This document shows, piece by piece, positions 49,101 through 61,400 of a DNA stretch of 64,000 bases. Origin of the DNA: Raillietiella orientalis (lineage: Eukaryota). The position numbers and the translations under genes are program-made. The stretch spans positions 2,542,001 through 2,606,000 of the forward strand of contig JAYWIR010000026.1 of assembly GCA_036172245.1 (NCBI GenBank), in the 5' to 3' direction. Positions within the stretch are counted from its first letter, which is position 1. Each line of letters begins with the position of its first letter. The notes below the pieces were generated by a model. That model was not told the DNA's origin. It worked only from the letters and a program-made list of their open reading frames with translations, and searched no databases.

Positions 49101-52100
49101 GCTTCTTTGTGGTCACGGAAATCGTTTAGCCACTTGTAGATAGGAAGGGCTCCTTTCCGCCCACCGAGCTGCGACGTCCGCAGGAAAGTGAATGAAGGAA
49201 CGTTTTGTGTTGCTTTTGCAAAACGATGCGTTGGGCGATCCGCTGCCATAGCACGGAAGCACTGATTTGCTGAGGACGTACTCAAACCGTTCATGGTACA
49301 TAATCACTGCATTTGTACAGTGCCCTGCAGGCAGCAAAGATGGCGCGCTGCTTCTTTCCAATGCTTCCGTTGCTCATTCACCGTCGAACGGGCGTTTGGG
49401 TGTTCGGAGATGTTCGTTTCGTATTGCGTGTCGGAGTCCTTCATTCCGTTCCCTATGAATCTCTTGGTGCTGCGCAGGACGAAAGGAAACTAAGAGGCAT
49501 GAAATGGCCCGACCTTCCTTTCTCCATTGTCATGCTCTTTGGGGTTGCAAGAGGTTACGGGAGGAGGCCGTTGAGTTCCTTGGCGCGTCCAGGATTGTGC
49601 TCATAATGGAAAGTCCGTATGCCGGAAGGTGAATGTCAAAGGGATTACGGATCACTCACATCTTGTCCTTACGGCTCCACCTCGTTCTTTACACTAGGAC
49701 ATACGCGACCTGATATTGCCTTTACAGGGAAATCGAAAGACACTTGTAGGGGTCAGGGAGAAGCTGAGACTAAACCTAGGAAAAATTCGGGCAACTCTAG
49801 AGGTCTCGGATAGCTATCAGTACGTGGCTCTTGCCTAGCATGCATCGGACTTGTTACTGAATTGCTTTGATGATACCGGGGTGGAGGACGGGAAGGTGCA
49901 CCTGGTGTTCTTTTGAAGGCGAAGTCTTCCAGGGTCGAGCCGACCAGGATGTAGCTGACCAGGGAACCGCCGACTTCGTGCGAGGCGACCAAAACTCTGC
50001 GGGCTTTATCGTGCCTGGTCAGACCATTTTCCAAGATCGCTTCATCGTTCAAACACTGACTGGAGGTTGCATTCTGAACGCCAATGTCGGAGGACGATTC
50101 GACACCGTTGTTTTCTCCACTCCCAACTTCCCGAACAACTTTCCAGCGAACACGACTTGCACTTTGGGTCTTCTGGTAAGCAGCGAAGTTGCTGGTGGGG
50201 ACGATCCACAACTTCCATCTAGCCAAACGACATCCGGACATCACCGGAGAACGTCTTCGGGAAGTTTGACAACCGTTTCGCTCTGGGAGAAGGAGGCATT
50301 CTCACTTTTGAGGACATCTTGCGCAGGAGACAGTAAGATCCGGGTGTACCCATTCCGCTCAGCTGCGCTCACGCTGGATCGTGTTGAACCGTCGGCGCCG
50401 CGAAGACACGCACCTCACCCGGGTGCGAAGGCCGCTCACCGGTGCAAGTCCCTTTCAGAGTCCGGGTTCAAGGGGATTTGCCGACGTTTCCCTACGTGGA
50501 ACTGTTCCTGCCCACGTTGATCACCTTCCAGGCGGTTGCGCCCGCTAGTGGCTTCAATCTCAGCTTGTGCATGGTGCCCAACGCGTTCCAGGTTACGTCC
50601 AGACGCCTAAGGCAGACGACCCTGATCTCGCGTGCCCTTGTGCAGGATCTGGCGGTTCCACAGCAAATGCTTTCCTTCGTCGTACGGGTACGTGGTGAGC
50701 GCATTCGCTGACCGGAAATGAGGTCACCTCGCCGGGTGTCCCTCGGCTGGAGATCCGCGCGCCCGCTGGGGCGGAGCTTAATACTCGCTTCCTCCACCGG
50801 CGCGGAGATTTCCAGATGAGCTGAAGGACAGCCCACAGGGGTTTCGCGCTTCCTGGGCTTCGAGCGACGAGTTGTCGCGTTGGCAATTCTGCCGGCGGGA
50901 ACCTCGTTGGTCCGGACGTGCGTTGCTGCGCGAGTGCGGGCTGTAACTCGCTCTCCGAGTTCGCATTGTCCGGGGACGGCGGGGTGGCAATGTCGCGACG
51001 GAGTTCCTTCTTCGGACTTAAAGGATGGTGTGAAGGTTCAATAAATTCTCCTTGCAGCCGGGATCAGCTTGCCGATTTGTCATCGTCACATTGCTCAACG
51101 TGAACATTCTTGCCAACGAGAAGGTATCGCTCGGCGGAAATGGGCAGAATCTTCCGCCCACTAACATCCAGACGTTGGATGGTCCAAGCACCACCAGCAT
51201 CAAAGTGGTTTCTAACCGAGATAAAGCAGTAGTCTTGTTCTACTATACGGATAACAACGCGCAAGGAATACAAGGAAGTTTCAACGTCGATCATTACTGC
51301 AGTGCCTCATGATCCTATTAAAGATAAAACTGAATAAACAATTTAACCATTTTGATCTAAGGTTATAGTGGGGTCAATCCTTCAGCATACTGTGCTTCCA
51401 AACACAGCACCTGCGCGTGCTGTGAACAGATTGATTCATCTTTATAACACTGCAGGTGCTTTGGAGAAGAGGCACTTTCGGTGGGGAGGATTCTAGAGTG
51501 TCTCCCTTGAATTGCTTGTGTTCCCTCATCATTGCGTGGACGATTCGCCTATCTTCCTCTCCTAAAAGGAAGCCGTAGTACTCATGATGCACTGGTGATT
51601 GCCGTCTAAGCAGCGACGGCGTGGAGGATCTGGAGGGATTGGATCTACCAACTGTACGAGGTTACGATGGACAGAGTCCATTCTGCACCTGCTCTTCAGA
51701 TGAGGTGTCCTGGAGGAACTGTGGCGGTGGCTGACTGCTGCATTTTTACAGCACACGTACAGCGCCTGGGATATGCTAAGGAGGTTCTTTGCCCCGAGTG
51801 ATCTCTCGACGGGCGCTCTTATTGCAGCATTGTGTTGCATGCGCGCCATCCTTGGTGCTGGACTGGTGTTAGAAACCACCACCCATCAAATAAAGTTACC
51901 GATATGAGAGCGTTTCAAAGGGGATTTGACAGGAAGAGGAAGGGAAGAGGATGACCGACATGCATAGCCTGTTGATGGACGGCATGGAACAACGTTCCAA
52001 TGGACATTGGCCCTACTTTCCTTTTCTTCATTTTTATTCCTCATATTCCCCAACCTTATTTCGCTCCGTAACTTTCATGGTGCTTTTGGTTTTCATCCCG

Positions 52101-54961
52101 GTGCATACGGAGGAAAACCAAAGAACTTGGTCTCATTCCACGCGGTTGGTTTGTCTTTTTTTTCCCGGTTCCAAACTTTCTCTTGTGACGACCTGCGTTC
52201 CGGTGGACGCTTTAATTTATTTCATGTAGTTGTCGGTCAGAAACTTCGTTCCCAGCAGTTTTTTCCCCCTGAAATAATCGTCCCGGCGTGTAAAACTTCT
52301 TCACTGTGTGAGACATCAACTGGAGAACAATTTTCCCACAAGGAGAAGAGGTGGAGAGATTCCATTGGAATTTAATACTGTATGGAGCATGAGTATGATG
52401 AATGCCCCAATGGCGCTGTTTACTTTCAACTGAAAGGGAGATGAAGGCATCCAAGTTCGGGTTCGCTTGGTGCAGGGACCAAGAACATCTTTCTTGTCGA
52501 CTGCAGTTGGAATTGTCGTAGCTGTTGTAAATGAGACGAGCGACTGACACCCGCAGGGTCGCGCAAAACGACGGCAGAGCACCTATGGAGAGAGGAGACA
52601 CGGAGCATATTGGGCTTCTTTTCTACTGCCTGATGTTCCCCTACATGGACTTATTCGTCTGCGGTGTCGCGGTGCCGATCCTCGGGAGCAGTCGGCACAG
52701 TTTGCGGAAATAGCCAAACCTGAGACAAGTGGAGTGGTTTGAAGATTGGTACCACAGGCCCCAATTCTTCACCGGTTTACGAAACATTTCCTAAATATTC
52801 GTGAAATACTAAAGAAGGCGCCATGGAATGAGGGTTCTCTGCCTCCTCATCCGTGCGAGGCGGGCAGTAACGAAAAAGAGATTTATGCTGGTAAGCAGTG
52901 GATAGTGGTGAAAGGCGCGGTCGAGTCATCGTCGCGTGATCGCTGTGAGGCAGCAAGGAGCTTCCCGAAATGTGTGATTCGTGCTTCTCCACATAGCACG
53001 CTGCTGTCTCTGTTCCCTTGGCTCCGTAAATGAACTGCGAAGGCTCAGAAGATCGCCTTCCGAAGTCCGCGCTGCTTCTTGTCATTCGGGTAGCCAACGG
53101 AAGGAGGTTCAATGGAACGCTGAGGACATGGAGGGAGCGACATAGGGGTGAGACACTCATAATGACGCGTTCGTAAGGAATTGGGGGAGGTGGTGCTCGA
53201 AGCTAATACGTAAGCAATGTTGGCGCTGTAGTCCGCGCAATAGGGAGATGTTCGCTTTCGAGGGAAAAGAGCACCGCTCCTGGATGGTGTGTCGTCGAGC
53301 ATGTCAGAGAGCTTCCGGCACTCTTGCTGTCATCGCAAGCAAAGGCAGTCGGACTGATTCCCCTCCGTCTGTCCGCAGCCGTGCACGGGAGAATCCTCTG
53401 CCGCCGAGGGATCTGGACCGGTCGGGCGGGTGAATCTCAGCTAGTTATGCGGATCTCTGGACGTTCCACTCTCCGTGGGTGTGTCCCGCGTGTCCAATGC
53501 TCCACTCCATTCTTCACGGAATCGCTGCACATCATGAGAGGATAGGAACTTAGTTTGCTGCTGTTACGCTAAGATGACGTCGATGAGACGGACCCGAGCT
53601 AAGAGGCGTTACCCACGATAACCAAAAACAACAAGGAGGAAAGTATTTCCAAGACGGCAAAGTTTTCGAGGAACAGAAGACTCTATCCCTGGAGAGCATT
53701 AGAAGGAGTGCTAAACAGAAATTCGAGCGGCGGTCTCCTAAGATATAATCACAATTCCTTATTGAGAACTCCGCAGAAGGTAGCCATCCATTAAAAGACT
53801 TCGATGCCCTTCCAGATGAGGTCGGTGAAGGCGTCAAAGGTCGTGAAAGGGGGCACGTGGTAGCTTTCAGTGACATCCAAGTACAGCTAGAGTGCCTTTC
53901 GCCTTAGAAGCAGTTAATTGTCGGACTGCAGGCAACGGTAACAACTCGTGGAGGCAATAAAATGTTCCAAAAGACTTCGCTTGGCAAATGATCCGTCCAC
54001 TTGCGGTTTGTTGATAATCTCAAATGCTCCTCCTCCCGCTGCAATGCCAAGGGTCATCTCAAGAGGACGTGGTGGAGCACAGTGCCTATGTGGTGGTCGT
54101 TAGGACGTACACATTAGGTGCGCCTCCAAGGGAACCCCACACCGTTATGCTGTTGAAGCAAGCAGAGAGAAAAAGATATCATCTTGGAATATCTACCAAG
54201 CTGTGAGGGAACACCAAACCATGCACGCATTCCTGCGCACGGAGCATTGGAGCTTCCGAACACCCGGTCGAGCACAAAGAACACCCCTGAAAACGTTGCA
54301 GTTGAGCTCACTTGCGCCAAGTGCTGAGCGCCTATTTGGCGGTAACCCAAATGTGTGCGCCAAAGATTCCTTCTCAGTTATAGCGTTGTGCATGACCTGG
54401 TCAATTGATCGTGCATTCACTCTGTCTGTATATAGATCCATTCAAGCAAGAAGTAGAAGATCCGGGAAATGTTCCTTTCCTGAGAAAGGAACACCCAGGA
54501 AGAAATAGGAGAACTGCGGACCATGCGACGGTAAATAGAAGACGGCATTTGCTCGGACCTTGAAAATGGAAAGGGATGTCATCAGAGTTGGGAGTGGTCC
54601 GATGTTGCCAACAGCTATTCATCGAAAGTCCCTACTTGCACCTCGATATATTCGAACCTGTGGAAGCAGTATTCGCGACGAAGTGAGCTGCCACCTGAAT
54701 CTGCGTGACCCCATTTTAACGGAAATTTACTCTTCCGGGATGCTTCACAATTCGCTCAGAGAGTCTCAATTTAGAATTTTCAGCCGTCGAAACACTGCTG
54801 AAAATTCCTTATGGCTTTCCTTATTCGCGCCCTCTGCCCACCTTCAGGAGCCTGCTCAAACGTTGTCCCGCTGCATCCAGGGAGACGTTCATCCATCTGG
54901 GAGAAACATATAGTCAGTTAGCCAAAAGAGGTTTCGTCTTGCATTAGCGGAACACCTCCGA
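45746..54961 (+). repeat. Tandem segmental duplication unit C, truncated by an L1-like element
   Basis: Collinear with 33001-42188. Homology stops at GAACACCTCCGA (54961 = 42188). Confidence 0.97.
49919..51312 (+). CDS. CUB-like domain protein, copy C; exons 49919-50175, 50223-50332, 50459-50681, 51058-51312
   Basis: Same structure as copies A and B, open frame, AATAAA at 51333-51338. The sequence is a mosaic of A-type and B-type alleles. Confidence 0.75.
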
Positions 54962-57900
54962 TTTTCACCCGGATTTCTCCGGGTCGTGTATTGAAAAAAT
55001 CTTAATGAAAAAGGTGTCAATTGCTGCAGCCAAGCACAAAGAACCACGGAGCCTGCCAGGTCACCGGTTCGCAGACCGGTACGTCCACCAAGGCAGCAGG
55101 GGAAGGGGAAAGAACAAAAAAATAAGGAAAAAGAAAAAAAGAGTGGGAGGGTACGGGAATGGATCACTGTTGCTGCTGGGGCCGTATCATCGTTCTCAGG
55201 ATGCCGGCAAGCTCTTGCTGCATTTGAGGATCCAGTTGGGGCCATCGCGACGCCCTCCTCAGGGATTGGGAGGCGCACTGGATGGCAACCTTGTTGCATG
55301 GTCCTCCCGTAGCCGTGCTCCATGCGGCGACGATCCCGCGAAGGCAGCACAAGTCAGCTATCGAGGCCGCTGGCCGAAGGGCGTCGGCAACGAAGAGGGC
55401 TTTTAAAGCGTCTTTGGGGTTGCCTCAGGGGATTCCGATGGCCGCGGCAAAGCGGAACCAAAGGGGCCGAAGGGCAACACAATCCACAAGCAGGTGAGAG
55501 AGGGACTCCCGTTCCCCACACCTAACACAATTGGAATCCACCGCTCCCCAGGTCCAGTGATGTCGGCGGGCGTTGCAGGGGAGTCCCCAATGCTGCAACA
55601 GCAGAGCCGACTCCTGCCATTTTAAGGGGAGGGTGGAAGTGTTCGTGAGTACCAGGGGCCACTTCAGATGTTCAATCGAAACATCGAGCAGAGCTCCTCA
55701 GCGCAGAAGTCAATTGGGAGGCGTATTCGGGGTCGCAGAGTCTGTTAACTGGCCCCTTTTCCACTCTCCCTGCTTCTTCTTTCCGAAGATTATCATGTTA
55801 ACCTCCCACTTCGCCGCAACATCGCTGTCCTGATATTCCACTAGGGAGGCGAGCGCAGCAGCGATTGGGGTTCTTCCTGACCACGCTCGCTTCTTCGGAT
55901 CCTCCAGGATCTCTCGGAGCATGCAACTTCTGCAGCACCCAAACAGGAACCGTCGTTCCTGTTGGGCGCTTTGCATGCCGCACTGTGCCCACGTGAGAAC
56001 GGTTTCCTGCATCCAGGCACTAGCATTCGCGGGGCGACAGGTGATCCATCCGTGGTTTTTCCGAGCCACGGCAGCCACCCTTAGCAGCTGGAGCCCACAT
56101 CGGCTGATGCGGGAGCGATGGAGTGATAGGAAGAAAGTAAGTCCCATCTTCCCGGTGGATTTCTTGACGAGGAGACGTGCAGGGACGCACCAGCAGGTGC
56201 ACCACAACTCCGGCACAACGACCAAGATCCGGAACTGGAACTGAAGCTCCAGCCGCTCCAATGTCAGGATGCCTAGATCGTCATCCCGACGCGGAGCGCA
56301 CAAGTCCTTCAAGCGGACTCGGGCTCTCCCGTTGTCCCACAGGGCGATACGAAGGAGGTCCATCGTCCGCTTTTTGATCCGTTTTGTGGGGGGGAAAACA
56401 AAAAGCAGGGAACGGAGGAGAGGAGCCGCGAACCTGTTTCAACCGCTGCCCGTTCCGGCAGGAGAAACTTGCCGCCTCGGAACGGGCCGATCGCCGTCTC
56501 TACTTTTTGAAGGCAGCCGGACCACGCTTCCGCAGGGGAGTAGTCCCCCAACGGCACACCAAGGTACTTCAAGTACCTCACCGTGGGGATCCCCAAACGG
56601 ACCCAGTCCTGCTGCCCTGCCCGCGCCGATCCGACTGGCATCACGAACGACTTCGCCCTGTTCACCGTTAATCCTGTGCCCCGACTGAGCAGGTCGAACA
56701 ACTCTTCGACCGCCGAAGCCGGGGTGGACATAGGGAGCAGCAGCAGAAGGTCGTCCGCGTACGCTGAAACCGCTGGCGTACCGGCGCAGTCGTGCGGCAG
56801 GTGCACCAGAGTTTCTCTGTACGCACTCAGTACCAACTCAAAGTAGGTACTGAAGAGCAAGGGACTCAGGCTGTCTCCCCTCAGTATGCCGCGTCGCACC
56901 GGTACGCCGTGCACGGTCTGCCCGCTGAAAGAAACGTTGATGAGCACATCGCGCCAGCTGGAGCGCAGATATGCCAACAAAGAGGCCGGGAAGCTCAAGC
57001 GTTCCAGAATCTCCAGCAGGAGATTCTGGTCGACGTAGTCGAATGCTTTCCGCAAGTCGACTGCGACCGCAAGGGCTTCTCCCCACACCCGACCATCTGA
57101 CCCTTTGCCGGCTGCGCACCAAACCCCTTTCATGTTGGAGCTCCATCCAGGTAGAAGTGTGGAACAGGTTCGCCTCCATGCTTCGCCCGAGAACAGCATA
57201 TGTCTATTCCGGGCTGATGAAGGCGTTAGCAACCCGTCCCAAACGCTCTGCCCAAACCTTCGCTAGCAACTTGGCGTCCACATTCACTATTGTGATGGGA
57301 CGCCAGTTGTTCACACTCCTCAGATCTCCTTCCTTAGGGAGGAGCCGCAACTTTGCCGAGCGAAACGAGGCGGGAACGTCACCTGTCTAGCGTATCAGCA
57401 AGGTAAGTTGCTGTACCAGGGGGGTAAGCTCAGCCGCGAAAGTTTGATAAAACTCCGCGGGCAGGCCGTCCTCCCCTGGAGCCTTTCGCCTCTTGAGCTT
57501 TCCGATGGCCGAGAGGATCTCGTCCATCGTGAAAGGCTAGTCGAGGGACTTTTTCTCCTTCTTCCCGATCGCAGGAGCGCCTTTCGGAAGCAGGAGTCGT
57601 GAGACATCTTGCTCGGGAGGCGTTCTTGCGTACAGGGAGGAATAAAAACGCCGCAGCAGACCGCGGATCTGAGCGGGTGCCGAATGCTTCTGGCCCTGAT
57701 CGTCCAGCAAGCTGGCCTATCCTGACTGCCAGGCTTGCCTCTCGGCTCCCGTTTTGTATTTTGCCAGCCTGCGGATGTCGGGGGGTCCTGGCGTAACGTC
57801 GGGCCTGTAGATAGGCTCGTTCGTTACGTACCCCGTCCCCAAATCCCGCCTGAGTGTAAGGCCTGAGTGTGCGAGGTGTGGGGAGCGGGAATCGCTCCCT
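54962..57900 (-). mobile_element. 5'-truncated L1/Tx1-like retrotransposon (RT plus 3' end), inactive
   Basis: APGEDGLPAEFYQ, NNWRPITIVNVDAKLLAK, VDLRKAFD, GILRGDSLSPLLF, AYADD and YLG motifs with frameshifts. T-rich 3' UTR and terminal hairpin at 54967-54984. Confidence 0.92.
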
Positions 57901-57954
57901 CACCTACTTGTTGACTGTGCTTCCCTCCGAACCCTATGGGAACGGTTCGGGACG

Positions 57955-58445
57955 ATCCTCGGGCCAACCCAGAGACGTTTTCCGTCATCTCTTCGTGCGC
58001 GACGCCCTGCAGCCAGCCGCAGCCGTGGCAGCACTCTGCTGCATCCGAGGCATCGTGGCGGCCTGGAGCGATGCACGCGACGGAGGATTGGACGCTATCG
58101 AGAGGGATGTCATCCCGTATGCGGTTTGCTTCATGCGGAGAGCTACAGGATGGCCCCAGCTGGGTTCAATGCTGATGGACCTCGAGGGAATCCTGCGAAG
58201 GTTGGACCCTCCTCCCAGTGGAATGTGATCCCTTCCCCTCCCTCCAAACTCTTTTTGTTTTTTCTTTGTTTTTATTTTATTTTTTGTTTTCTCCCACATC
58301 CCCCTCCACTGCCGAGGAGAGTCACAGCGGACTGCGTCCCGGCGTCCCGGCAGGTCCGGTGTTGTTAGGCCGTTAGTGAGGCCTCGTGCCACGTCTTGTA
58401 GAGTTTTATTTTTCCAATAAACCCCGGTCATATCCGGGTGGAAAC
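57955..58445 (+). mobile_element. L1/Tx1-like 3' fragment
   Basis: LCCIRGIVAAWS...GWPQL...GILR closely matches 55164-55352 (minus). T-rich tract, AATAAA at 58416-58421, hairpin at 58423-58438. Confidence 0.8.
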
Positions 58446-58449
58446 CCCA

Positions 58450-61400
58450 AATCCCGCTCCGCAGTCACTAAGAAAAACAGAGTGGAAGCACCAAAGCACT
58501 ACGGAGCGAATGAGAGGAGGGACGCGACAACAGAAATGCAGTTTAAAGGGAATGGAGGTGGATTACCGGGTACGTCGTTCCAATCCGTGGTTAATCCGAC
58601 GGTGGATGCCGGTGAGCTCCTCCCTTGCGTTTTCGTTCAAGTGTCGCCACCCAGCTGCCGCACTGATGAAGTCGGCTGCCTTCCTGGTGACACAGCATCG
58701 CTGCCCAGTGTTCTCCAGCACGTCTCAGACCGTGACGATGGCGCGGATGCAACCAACTGTGGAAATAATCTCAGCCGTCGAAAGTCCTCGCGGTTGGTAA
58801 AACCGTCGCAGCACTTCTCGAGCGGTGTCCCTCGGTGGCAGGAGAGCTGCTGCTAACCTCCGCCAGAGTTCCTGGAGGGCACCGCAGTCCAAAACAAGGT
58901 GCGGGAACGACTCCGTCGCCCCGCACTGGGCACAGTAGGGTGAAGCCACCCCACCGGAAACTCGGTGGCGCCGCTCGTTGTAGCGCAAGCCCCAGTGCAA
59001 GAAGAGCAAGACGTCTTGCTTCCATGCAAGGGGAAACACCGAACCGTCCAAACACCAAGGAGGGATTGTAAGTTCTTCGGGGGCAACACCAAGAGCTTCT
59101 CCCCACCGAAGTAATCCCTTTGCTGTAGCACGAGGAGTGGCGGCATCTGCCAGCTCGCTCGTAGTCCGTTGGCCAAGTAGTTTCGTTCTTCCTGCAATGT
59201 TGCAGGAGAACTCCCACCTTGCCGGCTGGCTACTGTCATTTCGTACCTGGAGGGCAGATAGGCAAGGGGCGTGGCGGCCAGGGAGAAAAACTTCACCTCG
59301 TCCTGCATGACATCTTGGAGCGACCAAGGTTGGAATCGACGCAGGGGCGAAGATCTTCACGGCTCATTCCTAAGAATGCAGCCCAAGAATCAATGGATTC
59401 CTGCCGCCAAGCATCCTAGTTCATCGGGCAGCAGGAAATCCACGCATTGGCTTCCAATAGGGTGGCGATTTTCCTTTAAGGATAGCCAAATCCCTGTTTC
59501 CTATGGCGCATGCCAGGCACCAAGGATTCCTGCCTGCACACCTCCTTAGTAGGATGCGCGCAGGCGCACACAGGGATGAAGTTCATAGCTCGGCACACAG
59601 TGCGAGCATCCGGAACTGCACTTGCAGTCCGCTTCTCTCCATCGTAAGGATGCCAAGCCCAGCATCCCGACGAGGAGCAGTGAGGTCTTTCAGACGGATC
59701 CTGGATCGCACCGGACCCCAGAAAGCGTTCCTTAGCAGGCGTTTTGCCCGCTCTTTGGCCGCGTAGGGGGGGTCCAAGACAAAAAACAGGGGTCGGAGGA
59801 GGATAGCCACGAAGGTGTTCCAAATAGCCGCCCGTTCCGGCAAGGTGAACTTGCCGTTAATGAACGGGCTGGCGACCAACTCTGCCTTGTGAAGGCAGTC
59901 CGATCACGCGTCGGCAGCGCCGAGGTCGCCCAGCGGAACTCCAAGGTACTCTAAATACCTTGCCGTAGGGATCCCCAGGCGGATCCAGCCGGACTGCCCC
60001 TCCCACGACGCTCCCACAGGAACGAACACGCTCTTCTTCCGGTTCACATTCACGCCCGTTCCCCGACGAATCAGTTCGAAGAAATCTTTGACACTGGACG
60101 CCGGGGTGGGCATGGGGAGCAGAAGTAGCAGGTCATCTGCATAGGCAGCCACGGCAGGCGTTCCCGGGCAAGAGCTAGGCAGGTACTCCTGCATCAGCCT
60201 GTACGCCCTCAGCACCAACTCAAAGAAGATGCTGAAGAGCAACGGGCTTAAGCTGTCACCCTGTCTGATGCCCCTGCGCACGGAAATACCGTACACGTGG
60301 CAGCCGCTGAAACAAATGCAAGTTAGCGCGTGGTGCCAGCATGCACGCAAGTACTTCAGGAGTTGCACCGGGAGACCCAGTCGTTCCAAGAGCTCCAAAA
60401 GGAGTCCTTAATTCACGCAATCGAACGCCTTGTGGAGGTCGACTGCGACCGCCAAGGCAACCGGCGTACACTCCTGCCGCTTTTGTCGATACCGTGTGCC
60501 TTTGGCAACGGCATTTGTCACGGATCGGCTTTGCTGCGCTACGCGCTCCTGCAGCTGCATCCAGGTGCTGGCAAACAGGTGGTTCGCGTTCATGGACCGC
60601 CCGGGAACAGCGTAAGTCTGCTCCGGGCTTACCCAGGACTGCGCGATGCTCCCTAGCCGCGAAACCCACAGCTTAGAGAACAACTTGACGTCCGAGTTCA
60701 CCAGGGTGATCGGACTCTAGTTGTTGAGATGGCGTGCGTCTCCACCTTTCGGCAGGAGACGCGCCCTCGCTGAGCGGAAGGAATTGGAGACATCCCCCGA
60801 GACCCTCATCAGCGAGGAGAAGCTAAGCACCAGAGGGACGAGTTCCGCCGAGAAGCTCTGATAGAACTCCGCGGGTAGCCCGTCCTCACCTGGTGCTTTT
60901 CGTCTATAACGCCTTACGATAAATAACGCCTTACGATGTCCGGCTGGCGAATACCGGCTGGAGTCGAGCACTCCAGGCCTTTTTCGTCGAGCAAGAAAGA
61001 TGCTCCAGACTGCCAGACCTGGCGCTCGGCTCTCGCCTTGAATTCCGCAAGCAAGCTGACATCAGCGCGTCTGGAAAAGGTGCGCGCCTGCAGGAAAGTC
61101 CTGCTGTTGGCGACCCCTTCTCCAAAGCCTCGCGGAAGCCGGTGCAAGGGAAACCGTTCGCAGAACTCGCGGACTGATCTCTTTAAATGATCCCAGTCCG
61201 CGAGTTCGCGCATGACGAAGGTCCGAAGGTACTGACGGAGATGATCCGCCGCCTCCGGATGGATAAGCCAGTCCGCCGGCATCCCCCAGTTTTTCAGCGG
61301 AGCACCCTTGCCTGGCGGAAGGAGCTCGAACTCCAACCTGTGATGGTCAGAAAGTGCGGACGACAATCTTCCTCTTCTTCCCACACGAGGGTGCAGGTTG

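Noticed and set aside
54960..54995. Terminal stem followed by GAAA as a hammerhead ribozyme
   Set aside because: No CUGANGA core precedes the stem in any copy.
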